A stretch of DNA of 64,000 bases from contig CBDAOI010000004.1 of assembly GCA_965198005.1 (NCBI GenBank), positions 128,001 through 192,000 on the forward strand, given 5' to 3'. The notes under the pieces are model-generated. The model worked only from the letters and a program-made list of their open reading frames with translations. It searched no databases and had not been told where the DNA came from. Of this stretch, positions 21,600 to 32,744 are shown piece after piece. Each line of letters starts with the position of its first letter. Position 1 is the stretch's first letter. This DNA comes from Spirochaetia bacterium (GTDB lineage: Bacteria > Spirochaetota > Spirochaetia > SZUA-6 > Bin103). The translations under genes and the position numbers were made by a program.

Positions 21600-22472
21600 G
21601 CGCTTCATCCCCGGCGACGTAATCGACACCATGGCGGCGTCTGACCAAAGCGGCTTGGCTGGCCTCCCTCGGCAATTCACTGCTTGGAGATTGGCCGGTG
21701 GAGGAGAAGATCGCGGGAAGACTGCCGGTCACGCTCGAGCTCGGCTTCCTGGCTATCGTCATCGGGCTGGTGATAGGGGTGCCGACCGGCATCTACTCGG
21801 CGATTCGCCAGGATACGGCCGTGGACTACGCGGGGCGCACGGTCGCCATCTTCGGCCTGGCTACGCCGAACTTCTGGCTGGGTGTCATGGTCATGACCTA
21901 CCCGTCGGTCTGGTGGGGCTGGTCGCCGCCGATGCAGCTGATTCCTTTGTCCGACGACCCGTTGGGAAACCTGGGGATGTTCATCATTCCCAGCCTGATC
22001 CTGGGGACGGCGCTTTCGGCAGCCACCATGCGGATGACGCGCACGATGATGCTCGAGGTGCTCCGCCAGGACTACGTCCGGACCGCCTGGTCCAAGGGAC
22101 TGAGGGAGCGGGTCGTCGTCGTACGGCACGCCATCAAGAACGACTACCCGGTCATCTCGGGCATAAACATGTTCTTCGCGACGGCGGTGGTGGCGATCAA
22201 TCTCGTCATCGACCTGATCTATGGCTACCTGGATCCCAGGGTCCGCTATGAATGACGCCACCGGGCCACGACGTGCCGGGCTGGCTTACTTCCTGGTTAG
22301 GCTGTGGCGGGAGAAGCCGCTGGGTACCGCTGGCGGCGTGGTGGTGCTGGGCTTGATTCTCGTGGCGATCTTCGCCGACGTGCTGGCACCCTATCCGTTC
22401 GACGAAGTGAACCTGATGGCCCTGCTGCAACCGCCGTCGGCTGAGCATCTGATGGGTACCGACCAGTTGGGG
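21600..22472 (+). pseudogene. Deleted dppB plus dppC 5' fragment
   Basis: ORF 21698..22255 skips from RHAIKN to DYPVIS; the dppC start ends at GTDQLG. Confidence 0.85.
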
Positions 22473-22605
22473 CAGCCGCCAGTCTTGGATCCCCAGCGCC
22501 GCCGAGACCTTCCTCGATGGCAGTGGTGACGTTATGCCCGGCCGCCCGCAAGACCTCAGCCGTGGTCTCCGGGAGATTCTCATCGATCTTGATCTTGACA
22601 GCCAC
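22473..22605 (-). pseudogene. DUF5615 PIN-like toxin, truncated
   Basis: KIKIDENLP...LRAAGHNV...EEGLGGAGD N-terminal motif. Confidence 0.75.
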
Positions 22606-22623
22606 GTTTGCCGGTATGCGCGC

Positions 22624-22851
22624 TCATGCGTACAGAGCAATGGTCTGCTCGCGGGCCAACTCCGCCGCGTACGCCAGCACCGCCCTGATCGCGTCTGGCG
22701 TGAGCAGTGGATACTCCGCGAGAAGGCGCTCCTCGGGCACCCGAGCAGCCAGATTGTCCAGAACGACCGAGACGGGGACCCGCGTACCTGCGATACACGC
22801 AACGCCGTGCATCACATTCGGGTCAACTGAAATGTAGTCGCGCCAGTTCAT
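22624..22851 (-). CDS. DUF433-family antitoxin
   Basis: ISVDPNVMHGVACIAGTRVPVSVVLDNLA...EYPLLT. Confidence 0.88.
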   Translation of the reverse strand: MNWRDYISVDPNVMHGVACIAGTRVPVSVVLDNLAARVPEERLLAEYPLLTPDAIRAVLAYAAELAREQTIALYA

Positions 22852-23334
22852 CGTTCGCCGTTGCGCTTGGGCCTTATGTTTCTTGCGTCGTCCTCTGCCA
22901 TGTTCTCATGCGCTTCTCCGGCGATCGCAGGGAGGTAGCCCAAGGAGTGGTCAGTGTCCAGTTGGCTCGAGCGCGTTGAGCGCGTTGAAGCCGGCATTCA
23001 TGGTGCCGGCTGGATTGTGACCACCGCGGAGTGAGCTCGTCGCTGACTACGTCATTCGGGATGCCGCCCAGGTGGTCACGCGCCGGCGCGCGGGCGGCCG
23101 ATCCGTGGGTGCGCGCGAAAGAAGTTCGCGTGGCCGACCGGCAACCCGTGGCCACTACGGGACCCGCGGTGTTGAACTGGCGCACGGTCGCCATGGTCGC
23201 AGAGTACGGCGCGGTTGTCATCCTCTCGACCGGCGCTGCAGCAATTCTCGGTGCGTAGCCGGGGGCTCAGGTTGTTGCCGGCAATCACGTACCGTGAGCT
23301 GGTCCCAGCCGCTGCTCGGAGTGTCCGTGCCGAC

Positions 23335-23560
23335 TCACCCGCGGGCTGCCCTTGTCCGCCGCTGCTCGGTGGCCCGATCGTGGTTATGTGCAAGACACAG
23401 AAGTCTGAGATTTTCCGCGCTCGCCGAGCCACCCATCGCATACGGCTGCACGTGATCGATCTGTACCAGATGCCGCGATCCGCAGCACCGTCCACTCTCC
23501 GGATCGCGATACGTGCACCGTCCCCGGTCCCGCATCCAGATGTGTCGCCGCACAGCCGCC
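23335..23560 (-). pseudogene. HNH endonuclease domain fragment
   Basis: RDRGRC...IDHVQPYAMGG...NLRLLCLAHN. Confidence 0.75.
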
Positions 23561-23821
23561 GGAATCGTTCGCGTGATGGTCGCCCGCCCGCGCCGGCGGG
23601 TCGTCCTGTGGCTGGCGGCCGGCTGTGGGTCGTCCGACTTGGGCGCCCAAGTGCGACCACGCGATTTTTCCGTGCGAGCCGAACAGAATCACCTTCTCGG
23701 GCCGGAAGTCCGTGCCTATGCGCTCCGCGAGGGCGTGGATTGCTGTGAGAAGCTGGCGGACGGAAGACGCGCGAAGGCGATTGATCCTGCGGGGACAGTG
23801 GTCGGTCGGTTACAATCGCAC

Positions 23822-25113
23822 ATGACCACTGACCTCATCCAACGGCGCAACCGGGCCCTCGGGGCCGGCGCCCCGCTGTTCTATCGCGAGCCGCTGCACG
23901 TCGTGCGCGGGGAGGGCGCCTATCTGTTTGATGCCGCCGGCCGCCGCTACGTCGACATGTACAACAACGTGCCGTGCGTCGGTCATGCCCATCCGCGGAT
24001 AGTGGAGGCGATGGCGACCCAGCAGGCGACCCTCAACGTGCACAGCCGGTATCTGCACGAAGGCATCCTTGAGCTGGCCGAACGGATCACGGGGCTCCAC
24101 GGGGAGCGTCTGGAGAGCGTGGTGTTCTCGTGCACCGGGACCGAGGCCAACGAGGTGGCGCTGCGCATGGCGCGGGCGGCGACGGGTCGGCGCGGGATCG
24201 TGTGCTCGGACGCTGCCTATCACGGCACCAGCGAGGCGGTCGGGAAGCTCACGCACGTGCACCGGCGCAGTCCCGAGCGGGGCGCCGAGGTGCGCGGCTT
24301 TCCGTTCCCGCAGACCTATCGACCGCTCGCCGGCGGACCGATCGACGAGCCGATCGACGAACTCAGGGATCGCTACCTCGATCGTCTGCAGGCGGCCATC
24401 GACGACCTCACCAACGACGGCGTCGGGTTTGCCGGACTCCTGGTCTGTCCGATTTTCGCGAACGAGGGGCTGCCCACGGTGCCCGACGGTTTCATGTCGC
24501 GGGCGGCGGAGATCGCGCGCGCGGCGGGGGAGTCGTCATCGCCGACGAGGTCCAGGCCGGCTACTGCCGCACCGGTCGTTGGTGGGGCTACGAGGTTGCG
24601 GGATTCGAGCCCGACGTCGTGGTGACGGGCAAGCCGATGGGGGCCGGGCTGCCGCTGGCCGCAACGACCGCCAGCCGCGAACTCGTGGAGACGTTCCGCA
24701 GGACGGGCTACTTCAACACCTTCGCGTCGAGCCCGCTGCAGGGCGCCGTCGGCAACGCGGTCATCGACATCATCGAAGACGAGGGGCTTCGGCAGAACGT
24801 CGAGACCGTCGGCGCGCGCCTGATCGCGGGGCTGAAGCGAATACAGCCCCACTATCCGGTGATGGGTGACGTGCGCGGCCACGGCCTGTTCGTCGGGGTC
24901 GACCTGGTCGAGGATCCGGTGACGAAAGCGCCCGCTCGGGAAGGGGCCGCCGACGTCGTCAACGCGCTCAAGGACAGAGGCTTCCTGACCGGGAGCACCG
25001 GCGCGCACGACAACGTGCTCAAGCTGCGTCCGCCGCTGGTCCTCGGCGCTGCCGATGCCGATGCGTTCCTGGCAGCCTTCCGAGAGGTGATGGCCGATCT
25101 CTCCGGTGGATAG
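23822..25113 (+). pseudogene. Class III PLP-dependent aminotransferase, frameshifted near 24530
   Basis: RGEGAYLFD...YVDMYNNVPCVGHAHP, TGTEANE; second frame IADEVQAG, TGKPMGAG, GDVRGHGLFVG, NVLKLRPPL. Confidence 0.88.
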
Positions 25114-25275
25114 AGCAGCGGTCGAACAGCGCTACGGCGGGGCGGCTCGAGCTCGGCGATGGATGCGTTCGGGCTCGCCGGCGGGGCGCTGTCGCTGGTC
25201 GCCGTCTCCGAGAACGTCACGTTCCGGGTGGACGGGGTCGATGGCGACGCCTACGTGCTGCGCCTGCGCAACCTG
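25106..25275 (+). pseudogene. N-terminal fragment of an APH/homoserine kinase type II-like phosphotransferase
   Basis: SENVTFRV...YVLRL motif directly after the aminotransferase. Confidence 0.55.
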
Positions 25276-25418
25276 CTCGACCCCCACCTCCGCGGCGGCA
25301 CGGATGAACTCTACGGTCCCGCCGGCGCCATCCACGAACCGGCGCGGTAAACTGTGGCAGCGCCTGCTCCATTCCCATTCTCACGCCAAGTGGACTACAC
25401 TATGCAGAGAAGGCGCGG

Positions 25419-25751
25419 GTGCACACCACGAATGTCCGGGAGCTGAAGAAAAACCCATCGCTCGCGTTGCGGCGGGCAAGGGAGGGGCCTGTACTGATCC
25501 TGAAGGGTAACGAACCGGACGCCCTGCTGATACATCTTGACAAGTCGCTGACCGATACCGAGGCAGGCATGCGCCCGGCCCTGGCGGCAAGTCTCTACAA
25601 CGGTGGGAGCGTGTCGCTGGGCAAGGCCGCAAAAATCAGCGGGCTTTCCTTGAGCGAGTTTGTCAGGCATCTAGGCAGCCTGGGTATCGAGATCGTCCAG
25701 CATGACGAAACCACGAGCAACGAAACCGGCGATATCTCTCCGGCCCATTAA
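25419..25751 (+). CDS. UPF0175-family putative antitoxin with Phd-like N-terminus; no partner toxin visible
   Basis: NVRELKKNPS...; LAASLY...VSLGKAAKISGLSLSEF. Confidence 0.75.
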   Translation: MHTTNVRELKKNPSLALRRAREGPVLILKGNEPDALLIHLDKSLTDTEAGMRPALAASLYNGGSVSLGKAAKISGLSLSEFVRHLGSLGIEIVQHDETTSNETGDISPAH

Positions 25752-26065
25752 CATTGCTCGGCTGGATCGAGCAACGCCCGGAGCATCACCGCCCGGGCGT
25801 GGTGGCGGCGCACAAGGACCGCGCGTGTGCTCTGTGCGAGAGCCTCGACACCCACGGGCTCGTCGCTTGAATCTGCCCCGCAGCGGTCCACGTAGCGTCC
25901 GTAGCGTCCGTCATGCAGGTTGCCACCAGCCACTATGGCCTACGCTACTATGGACGAATCGCACAACCATGGGAGCGACGTGGCGCACCGGGTTAGGTCG
26001 CCGTGCACTAACGTGGGCGGCCGGACGTGACGATCCGCAATCCCGCGGTAAGCTAAGCTAAGCTA

Positions 26066-26155
26066 AAGGGTGTCGCCCTCGCTCGACGAGAGTGCGCTCG
26101 CTCGCGACCGTCGCGAGCGATGCGAGGGCCGGCAGCGGAATCAGCGCTCTCAAAC
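26066..26155 (+). promoter_or_regulatory. Leader class II, copy B
   Basis: Matches 14811-14892. Confidence 0.6.
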
Positions 26156-26180
26156 TATTTTTGATGTGAGGTAGACAACG

Positions 26181-27995
26181 ATGACGAATATCGTGAAAAA
26201 GTGCGCGGCGATCCTGATTGGGCTCGCCCTGACCGCAACCGGCCTCTGGGCCGGCGGTGGCGCAGATGCGGAGCCGGCAGCCGCTGCCGAGAAGGAAATG
26301 GTGATGGACCCGACCACCGGCGAGATGGTGAGCGCACCCGAGTATGGTGGGACTATCACCGGTCTGTTCAATCCGGACCATGAGAGCGAGAATGCCGACA
26401 TTTGGCATTTCCGCACTGCCATACACCAAACCAAGATCGTCTTGGAGCGGATGGGTGGCGGTAACTGGGGACTGCCCAGAGACGAATTCGCCTTCGCCGG
26501 TGCCATCCCGAATGTGCCTCAATACACCGGGCGGCTGGCCGAGAGCTGGGAGCAGCCGGACGCCACGACGATCGTCCTGCACATCCGCAGGGGGGTGAAG
26601 TGGCACGACAAGGAACCGATGAACGGCCGAGAGCTCGTCGCCGATGACGTCGTGTTCAACTTCAGCCGCAATCTGGGGCTCGGCGAGTTTGCCGCGGATG
26701 GCCCGAGCCCGCAGATCAGCGTTCTGGGTACGCTGCCGATCGAATCGATAACGGCAACGGACAGGTATACGGTCGTCTTCGAGTTGGAGCAACCGAGGCT
26801 CTCTGCGCTGTACCACATCATCGGGGATATCTACGGCAATCAGTACCCGCCCGAAGTCATCAGGCAGGACGGCGACGCCAAGGATTGGACCAAGCTGGTA
26901 GGCACCGGGCCCTTCATGTGGACCGACTGGGTGCAAGGCACGTCCTTGACCTATACCAAGAACCCCGATTACTGGGGCTTCGACGAGAAGTTTCCGGAGA
27001 ACCGCCTGCCCTATGTCGACGAGTTCAAGGCCCTGATCATGCCGGAAGAGGCGACGCGCATAGCGGCGCTGCGCTCGGGCCAGCTGGATGTGCTGGGTGG
27101 TCCCCTCGGTTTCGACCTTGCGCCCGGCCCTGCGACGGAGGGCCTGGAGCGAACCAATCCCGAGCTCAAGCATTTTCCGTGGGAGTTTCGCGGTTTCAAC
27201 TCCGCAGGTTTTAACATAACCGAGCCGCCTTTCGACGACGTTCGGGTGCGCAGGGCGATGCAGATGGCACTGGACCTCGAGACGGTGGCCGACACCTACT
27301 TCAAGGGCTATGCAGATGCCACTCCTCGGGGCGTCGTCGGCACTGCCCACATCGGGTACGCGTTCCCGATCGCAGAGTGGTCCGGCGAGATCAAGGGATA
27401 CTACAGCTACGACCCGGAAGGTGCGGAGCGGCTTCTCGATGAAGCTGGATATCCGCGCGGCGCCGATGGCGCCAGGTTCAAGACCGTATTCAACGGCCAT
27501 CCCAACCCATCCCTAACCAATGTAGGCTATACTGAGATAATCATCCAGTTTTGGGATGCGATTGGCGTCGATGTAGAGCTCACGATCATGGAAAGCGCGG
27601 CATGGATCCCGATGATACAGAACGCCGACTACGAAGGGATGGTCTGGATTTTTTCCGCCTGGAACGCGCCGCTTCCCGTTACCACCGTCGGCTGGCAATC
27701 CCCCACAGGGTGGATAAACGCCACCGGGCACAACGTGCCGGCCTATGAGGCCATGCTCGCAGCCATCGGCTCGGCGAAGACGGTCGAGGAGGAGAGGCAG
27801 CTGATCCAAGAGGCCGATCGGTACCTCATCGAGAATCACCTGTACCTGTGGGGTCCCATCATGCCGCAGGTTGCGGTGACGCAACCGTGGATCGTCGGCT
27901 ACAACGGTGAAACCAATCTGGGAGACGTGGACGGCTGGGCGATCTTCGCTCGCCTCTGGATCGACCACGCAATGAAGGAGTCGATGGGTAACTAG
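26181..27995 (+). CDS. ABC transporter family-5 solute-binding protein, intact
   Basis: Same motifs as 14917..16755. Confidence 0.93.
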   Translation: MTNIVKKCAAILIGLALTATGLWAGGGADAEPAAAAEKEMVMDPTTGEMVSAPEYGGTITGLFNPDHESENADIWHFRTAIHQTKIVLERMGGGNWGLPRDEFAFAGAIPNVPQYTGRLAESWEQPDATTIVLHIRRGVKWHDKEPMNGRELVADDVVFNFSRNLGLGEFAADGPSPQISVLGTLPIESITATDRYTVVFELEQPRLSALYHIIGDIYGNQYPPEVIRQDGDAKDWTKLVGTGPFMWTDWVQGTSLTYTKNPDYWGFDEKFPENRLPYVDEFKALIMPEEATRIAALRSGQLDVLGGPLGFDLAPGPATEGLERTNPELKHFPWEFRGFNSAGFNITEPPFDDVRVRRAMQMALDLETVADTYFKGYADATPRGVVGTAHIGYAFPIAEWSGEIKGYYSYDPEGAERLLDEAGYPRGADGARFKTVFNGHPNPSLTNVGYTEIIIQFWDAIGVDVELTIMESAAWIPMIQNADYEGMVWIFSAWNAPLPVTTVGWQSPTGWINATGHNVPAYEAMLAAIGSAKTVEEERQLIQEADRYLIENHLYLWGPIMPQVAVTQPWIVGYNGETNLGDVDGWAIFARLWIDHAMKESMGN

Positions 27996-28069
27996 TAGAT
28001 AGATCTGTTGGAGCTCATGAATCCCACCTACTCAGCGCCGGCTGGGTGGGTGGGCTCTCATTCGCTCAC

Positions 28070-29029
28070 ATGAGAGCGTACATCATCAGGCGGGTGCTGC
28101 TCGTCATCCCCACGTTGTTCATCTTGAGCATCCTCGTCTTTCTCTCGGTGCGCTTCCTGCCTGGCGACGCGATAGACGCAATGCTGGTTAGAGCCGGCTA
28201 TATTGGCGGGGTTGGGGTGGACCGGGCGGCACTCGAGCACATGCTCGGACTGGACCTGCCCATCCACGTGCAGTACGGACGTTGGCTCGGCGATATCGTA
28301 CTGCGCGGCACGCTGGGCGAGTCACTGTGGGGCGGCGAGGCTATAGAGACCAAGATAATCGCTCGCCTGCCGGTAACGCTCGAGCTCGGTGTCTTGGCCA
28401 TCGTGATCGGCCTCCTGATAGCCGTTCCCGTCGGCGTCTATTCGGCGATGCGCCAGGATACGGTCGGCGACTACGCCGGGCGGACGATCGCCGTCATCGG
28501 CTTGGCGACTCCCAACTTCTGGCTGGGAGTGATGGTCATGCTCTACCCGGTCATCTGGTGGGGCTGGTCGCCACCGGTCGAGCTGATTCGCTTCAGCGAA
28601 GACCCGCTGGGAAACCTGGGCATGTTCCTGGTTCCGAGCCTGATTCTCGGCACCGCCCTGGCGGCAAGCACCATGCGCATGACGCGCACCATGATGCTGG
28701 AGGTACTGCGTCAGGATTATATCCGCACCGCCTGGGCCAAGGGTCTGAGCGAGCGTCTGGTGGTCGTGCGACATGCCACCAAGAACGCGCTCATTCCGGT
28801 GGTGACCCTCATCGGCCTGCAGCTGCCCATCCTGGTAGGCGGATCGGTCATCATGGAGAACATCTTCGTCCTGCCCGGGTTGGGGCAGGTGCTGTTGAAG
28901 GCACTTCACGACCGGGACTACCCGATCGTCATGGGCGTGAACCTGTTCTTTGGCGCGGTGGTGATGGGGGTGAATCTGCTGATCGACCTGCTCTATCCCT
29001 ACTTGGACCCGCGGATCCGCTACCGATAG
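28070..29029 (+). CDS. DppB/OppB-family permease
   Basis: MRAYIIRR...LDPRIRYR. Confidence 0.93.
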   Translation: MRAYIIRRVLLVIPTLFILSILVFLSVRFLPGDAIDAMLVRAGYIGGVGVDRAALEHMLGLDLPIHVQYGRWLGDIVLRGTLGESLWGGEAIETKIIARLPVTLELGVLAIVIGLLIAVPVGVYSAMRQDTVGDYAGRTIAVIGLATPNFWLGVMVMLYPVIWWGWSPPVELIRFSEDPLGNLGMFLVPSLILGTALAASTMRMTRTMMLEVLRQDYIRTAWAKGLSERLVVVRHATKNALIPVVTLIGLQLPILVGGSVIMENIFVLPGLGQVLLKALHDRDYPIVMGVNLFFGAVVMGVNLLIDLLYPYLDPRIRYR

Positions 29030-29048
29030 GAACGAAGGAAGGAACCAG

Positions 29049-29957
29049 TTGAAGTTGCGGAAGTTGCCGAAAGCCAAGCAAGCGAGACGTCACTGGCTGG
29101 TCGATCTTTCGGTCAGACTCATCAAGACCAAGCCGCTCGGAACCGGATGCGGGATCATCGTGCTGGCCCTGATCCTGGTCAGCATTTTCGCGGATGTTCT
29201 GGCTCCCTATCCGTACGATGAGATTCGGCTGCAGGAGATACTGCAGCCACCATCCGCACAGCACCTGCTGGGCACCGATCACGTGGGACGCGACTACCTG
29301 AGCCGCATCATCCAGGGGGCACGGGTTTCGATGCTGGTCGGCCTGGCCGCCACCACCATCAACGTGGTGGTCGCCATCCTGGTGGGTGGCACCACCGGCT
29401 TCCTGGGTGGCAAGTTGGATCTGGTGGTCCAGAGATTCGTAGATGCGTGGATCGCCTTTCCGGGACTGCTCCTGCTGCTCACCCTCATGTCTGTCGCGGG
29501 CCGCGGGGTGCTGCAGATGATCCTGATCCTCGGCATCTCCGGAGGCATCGGTGCTGGCTCACGGGTCGTCAGAAGTGCTGTTATCGGTATCAAAGAGAAC
29601 GTCTATTTCGAGGCTGGAGAGGCGATCGGCGCCTCGAAGTGGCGTGCGCTCACCCGCCACGTGCTACCCAACATCGCGCCGCCTATCATCATCATCTTCA
29701 GCATCAGCATCGGCAGCTACATCCTGAGCGCGGCATCACTGAGCTTCCTCGGCTTCGGCCTGCCGCCCGACATCCCCGACTGGGGCGGGATGCTGAGCCG
29801 CGAGGGGCGCCAGTACATGGAGGCGGACCCGCGGCTGGCGCTCTGGCCGGGCCTGAGCCTGACGCTGGTCGTATACAGCTTGAACATGTTCGGCGACGCG
29901 CTGCGCGACCTGCTCGACCCGAGGTTGCGTGGCGCCGAAGGCGCCCGGTCGGTGTAG
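29049..29957 (+). CDS. DppC/OppC-family permease
   Basis: GTDHVGRD, RHVLPN, GDALRDLLDPR. Confidence 0.92.
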   Translation: MKLRKLPKAKQARRHWLVDLSVRLIKTKPLGTGCGIIVLALILVSIFADVLAPYPYDEIRLQEILQPPSAQHLLGTDHVGRDYLSRIIQGARVSMLVGLAATTINVVVAILVGGTTGFLGGKLDLVVQRFVDAWIAFPGLLLLLTLMSVAGRGVLQMILILGISGGIGAGSRVVRSAVIGIKENVYFEAGEAIGASKWRALTRHVLPNIAPPIIIIFSISIGSYILSAASLSFLGFGLPPDIPDWGGMLSREGRQYMEADPRLALWPGLSLTLVVYSLNMFGDALRDLLDPRLRGAEGARSV

Positions 29958-30126
29958 GAGTGCGCGGCCGCCGGCGGCGCAGGTCGCCAGATCCTAGTGA
30001 CGCTGTCGAGAAGCGCGGTCTGCGATTTCTCGTCCACGCACAACTTCAGGGTCGGCAGGACGTCCGCCAGGGTCGGTGTAGCGCGAGACGTCGGCCGGCC
30101 GGGTAAGCAGCAAGCCGCGCTTGGCG

Positions 30127-31752
30127 CTACATCCCCCAGACCGTGACCGGCACGCCAGTTCCCGCCGGGGTGCGGCGGAAGATCTTTTCCGCCCAGGATC
30201 GGTCCGGCGCGCGGTCGAACACGATCAGGTGGCCCGCCTCCGCCCCGCAACGGTCCATGTAGCCACGGGTCTGCTCCAACCCCTCGGCGATGGTCCGCTC
30301 CAACCCCTTGCGCAGCACCTTGCACTCCACCACGAAGCGCCGCTCGCGCCCGCCCTGCGGCCACACGATCAGCAGGTCGGTGCGCCCGCGCCCCAGCGCG
30401 TACTCCCGCTCGAGCCGCCCGCCGCCGTTCACGATGCGCTGCAGGTGCGCCTGCAGCAGCAACTGCGGACCAGCCTCGTGGTACTGCTCGAAGCGCTGTA
30501 CCCAGTGCTCGGAGTGCTCGCGAAAGAACTCCTGGAACGCCGCGAGCAGCCCCTCAACGTCCAGCCCGCCGTCCGCACCCACGTACCACGCCATCTGCTG
30601 CGGCAGCGTCTCCTGCACCGCGTAGTTCAGATGGCGCGGCACCACCTCGGCGTAGATCGGGTTGGCGATGCGCGGCGGGCCGTCGTCCGCCTGCGCCACC
30701 AGCCCCAGGTCGCGGACGTAGGCCAGGTCCTCGTTCGAGCACGCGGTCTCCCCCGCGCCGGTCAGAATCGGCTCCACCACGCGCCGCACGCGCTCCTCCT
30801 GCAGCTTGTGCGCCAGATCGTCGATGTGCGTGTCGCGGCGCAGGATCAGCCGCTCCTGCGCCTCCAGAATGGCATCCGCCGTGATCGGGCGCGCGCGCTC
30901 ACGTCCCGGCGGGTGGCGGAAGCAGGCGTCGTAGCACAGCGCGTTCACCAGCCACGGCTGGCCGGCGGTGCGGGTCAGGATCAACGTCTGCGCCTCCGCC
31001 GTGAACGCCTGCCCGGTCGCCGTCGTGTGCTGCGCCAGCAGTGCCCGTGTCTCGTCCTCCGAGAAGTCGCCCAGGCGCAGCGAGTCGGACTTGATGTTGA
31101 AGGCGCTGCCGCCGAGCACCAGCCGGTTCTCGGCGGTCGAGTGGATGCGGTAGTCGCGCACGTCACGCACCCCGCACAGGATGATGCTGTGCGGGAACCG
31201 TGCCGGACGGTCGATGTAGCCGGTGCGCAACTGCCGCAGCACGGCCAGCAAGGTGTCGCCCACCAGCGCGTCGATCTCATCGATCAGCAGCACCAACGGC
31301 CGCGGATCGGCCATGCTCCAGCGCGCCAGTGCCTGGCGCAGTGCGTTGCCCGACCCGACGCGCTCCAGCACCCCCGGCCAGAGGTCCTCCAGGGTGTCAT
31401 CGCCCAGCGTCAGGCTCGCCTGGAACGCCAGTTCGGCAAGCACCGTGCGCATGCCCTCGGCCACGTTCTCGCGCATCGCCTGGCCATCCTCGACGTTGGC
31501 GTACACGCAGCGGAAGTCGCCCTGCCCGCCGCCGTTCAGCAGATCGCGCAGCGCCAGCAGCGCCGAGGTCTTGCCGGTCTGTCGCGGCGCGTGCAGCACG
31601 AAGTACTTCTTGTCCCGGATCAAGCCGAGCACCGTGTCGAGATCGACCCGTTCCAGGGGCGGGATGTGGTAGTGGTCCGCGGCCACAACGGGCCCCTCCG
31701 TGTTGAACTTGCGCACGATCACCATGGTCGCAGAGTACGGCGCGGTTGTCAT
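30127..31752 (-). CDS. AAA-like ATPase with PD-(D/E)xK-like domain, copy 2
   Basis: 541 aa, near-identical to 12285..13910 including ~115 bp upstream. Confidence 0.88.
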   Translation of the reverse strand: MTTAPYSATMVIVRKFNTEGPVVAADHYHIPPLERVDLDTVLGLIRDKKYFVLHAPRQTGKTSALLALRDLLNGGGQGDFRCVYANVEDGQAMRENVAEGMRTVLAELAFQASLTLGDDTLEDLWPGVLERVGSGNALRQALARWSMADPRPLVLLIDEIDALVGDTLLAVLRQLRTGYIDRPARFPHSIILCGVRDVRDYRIHSTAENRLVLGGSAFNIKSDSLRLGDFSEDETRALLAQHTTATGQAFTAEAQTLILTRTAGQPWLVNALCYDACFRHPPGRERARPITADAILEAQERLILRRDTHIDDLAHKLQEERVRRVVEPILTGAGETACSNEDLAYVRDLGLVAQADDGPPRIANPIYAEVVPRHLNYAVQETLPQQMAWYVGADGGLDVEGLLAAFQEFFREHSEHWVQRFEQYHEAGPQLLLQAHLQRIVNGGGRLEREYALGRGRTDLLIVWPQGGRERRFVVECKVLRKGLERTIAEGLEQTRGYMDRCGAEAGHLIVFDRAPDRSWAEKIFRRTPAGTGVPVTVWGM

Positions 31753-31963
31753 CCTCGCGACCGGCGCCGACGGTGAAGCGAATCAGGTCGCAGCGGACTT
31801 CATGCCTGGTGGCGGCCGTGCGGTGCGCTTGAGCCGGGAGCCGCAGATCAGCGAGCGACAACGCCGGCGTCACTGAACGTGATCTGCGGGCACTCAAGGG
31901 CATGACCGACACGGCATCGACCGGCACAAAGCCGAGGAAGTTAGTCTGGCGAGGCGTCTTAGT

Positions 31964-32306
31964 CCCAGATCGTCGATATGCGTGTCGCGGCGCAGGATCA
32001 GCCGCTCCTGCGCCTCCGGAATGGCGTCCGCCGTGATCGGGCGCGCGCGCTCACGCCCCGGCTGGTGGCGGAAGCAGGCGTCGTAGCACAGCGCGTTCAC
32101 CAGCCACGGCTGGCCGGCGGTGCGGGTCAGGATCAACGTCTGTGCTCATCGGCCACGTTTCTCGCGCATCGCCTGGCCATCCTCGACGTTGGCGTACACG
32201 CAGCGGAAGTCGCCCTGCCCGCCGCCGTTCAGCAGATCGCGCAGCGCCAGCAGCGCCGAGGTCTTGCCGGTCTGCCGCGGCGCGTGCAGCACGAAGTACT
32301 TCTTGT
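31964..32306 (-). pseudogene. Deleted third copy of the AAA-like ATPase
   Basis: Two non-adjacent segments of the gene joined near 32145. Confidence 0.85.
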
Positions 32307-32339
32307 GGTACGGTCGGTCCGACCGTGCTACAGTGTGTC

Positions 32340-32744
32340 ATGGCCGCGCGCTACCGGGACTGGCTTCGGCAGGCGGACGCTGATCTCCGGCACGCCCGCC
32401 AGTCGTGCGACCATGGCGCGCACGAGTGGGCCTGTTTTGCCGCCCAGCAGGCGGCCGAAAAGGCACTCAAGGCGGTCATCCTGAGCCGAGGAGCGGATGC
32501 CTGGGGTCATACGGTTACCGCTCTGCTCGGTGTGGTGGCGACCGCGGCGCAGGCCGGGGAGGACCTGATTACGTGCGCCAAGAGCCTCGACAAGCACTAC
32601 ATCCCCACCCGCTACCCGAACGGCTTCGACACCGGCGCGCCGGTCGACTTCTACACGAAGAAGGATTCTGACGATGCCATCCTCTGTGCCGAGCGGCTCA
32701 TCAGCTTCGCTCGTGGTCAAGTCGAACAACCAGAGGACCGTTGA
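32340..32744 (+). CDS. HEPN-domain protein
   Basis: DWLRQADADL...WACFAAQQAAEKALKA...WGH...LDKHYIPTRYP. Confidence 0.88.
   Translation: MAARYRDWLRQADADLRHARQSCDHGAHEWACFAAQQAAEKALKAVILSRGADAWGHTVTALLGVVATAAQAGEDLITCAKSLDKHYIPTRYPNGFDTGAPVDFYTKKDSDDAILCAERLISFARGQVEQPEDR

Noticed and set aside
23822-25113. Programmed frameshifts in the split genes
   Set aside because: Breaks fall in short homopolymers or at deletions and are widespread; decay or sequencing error is simpler
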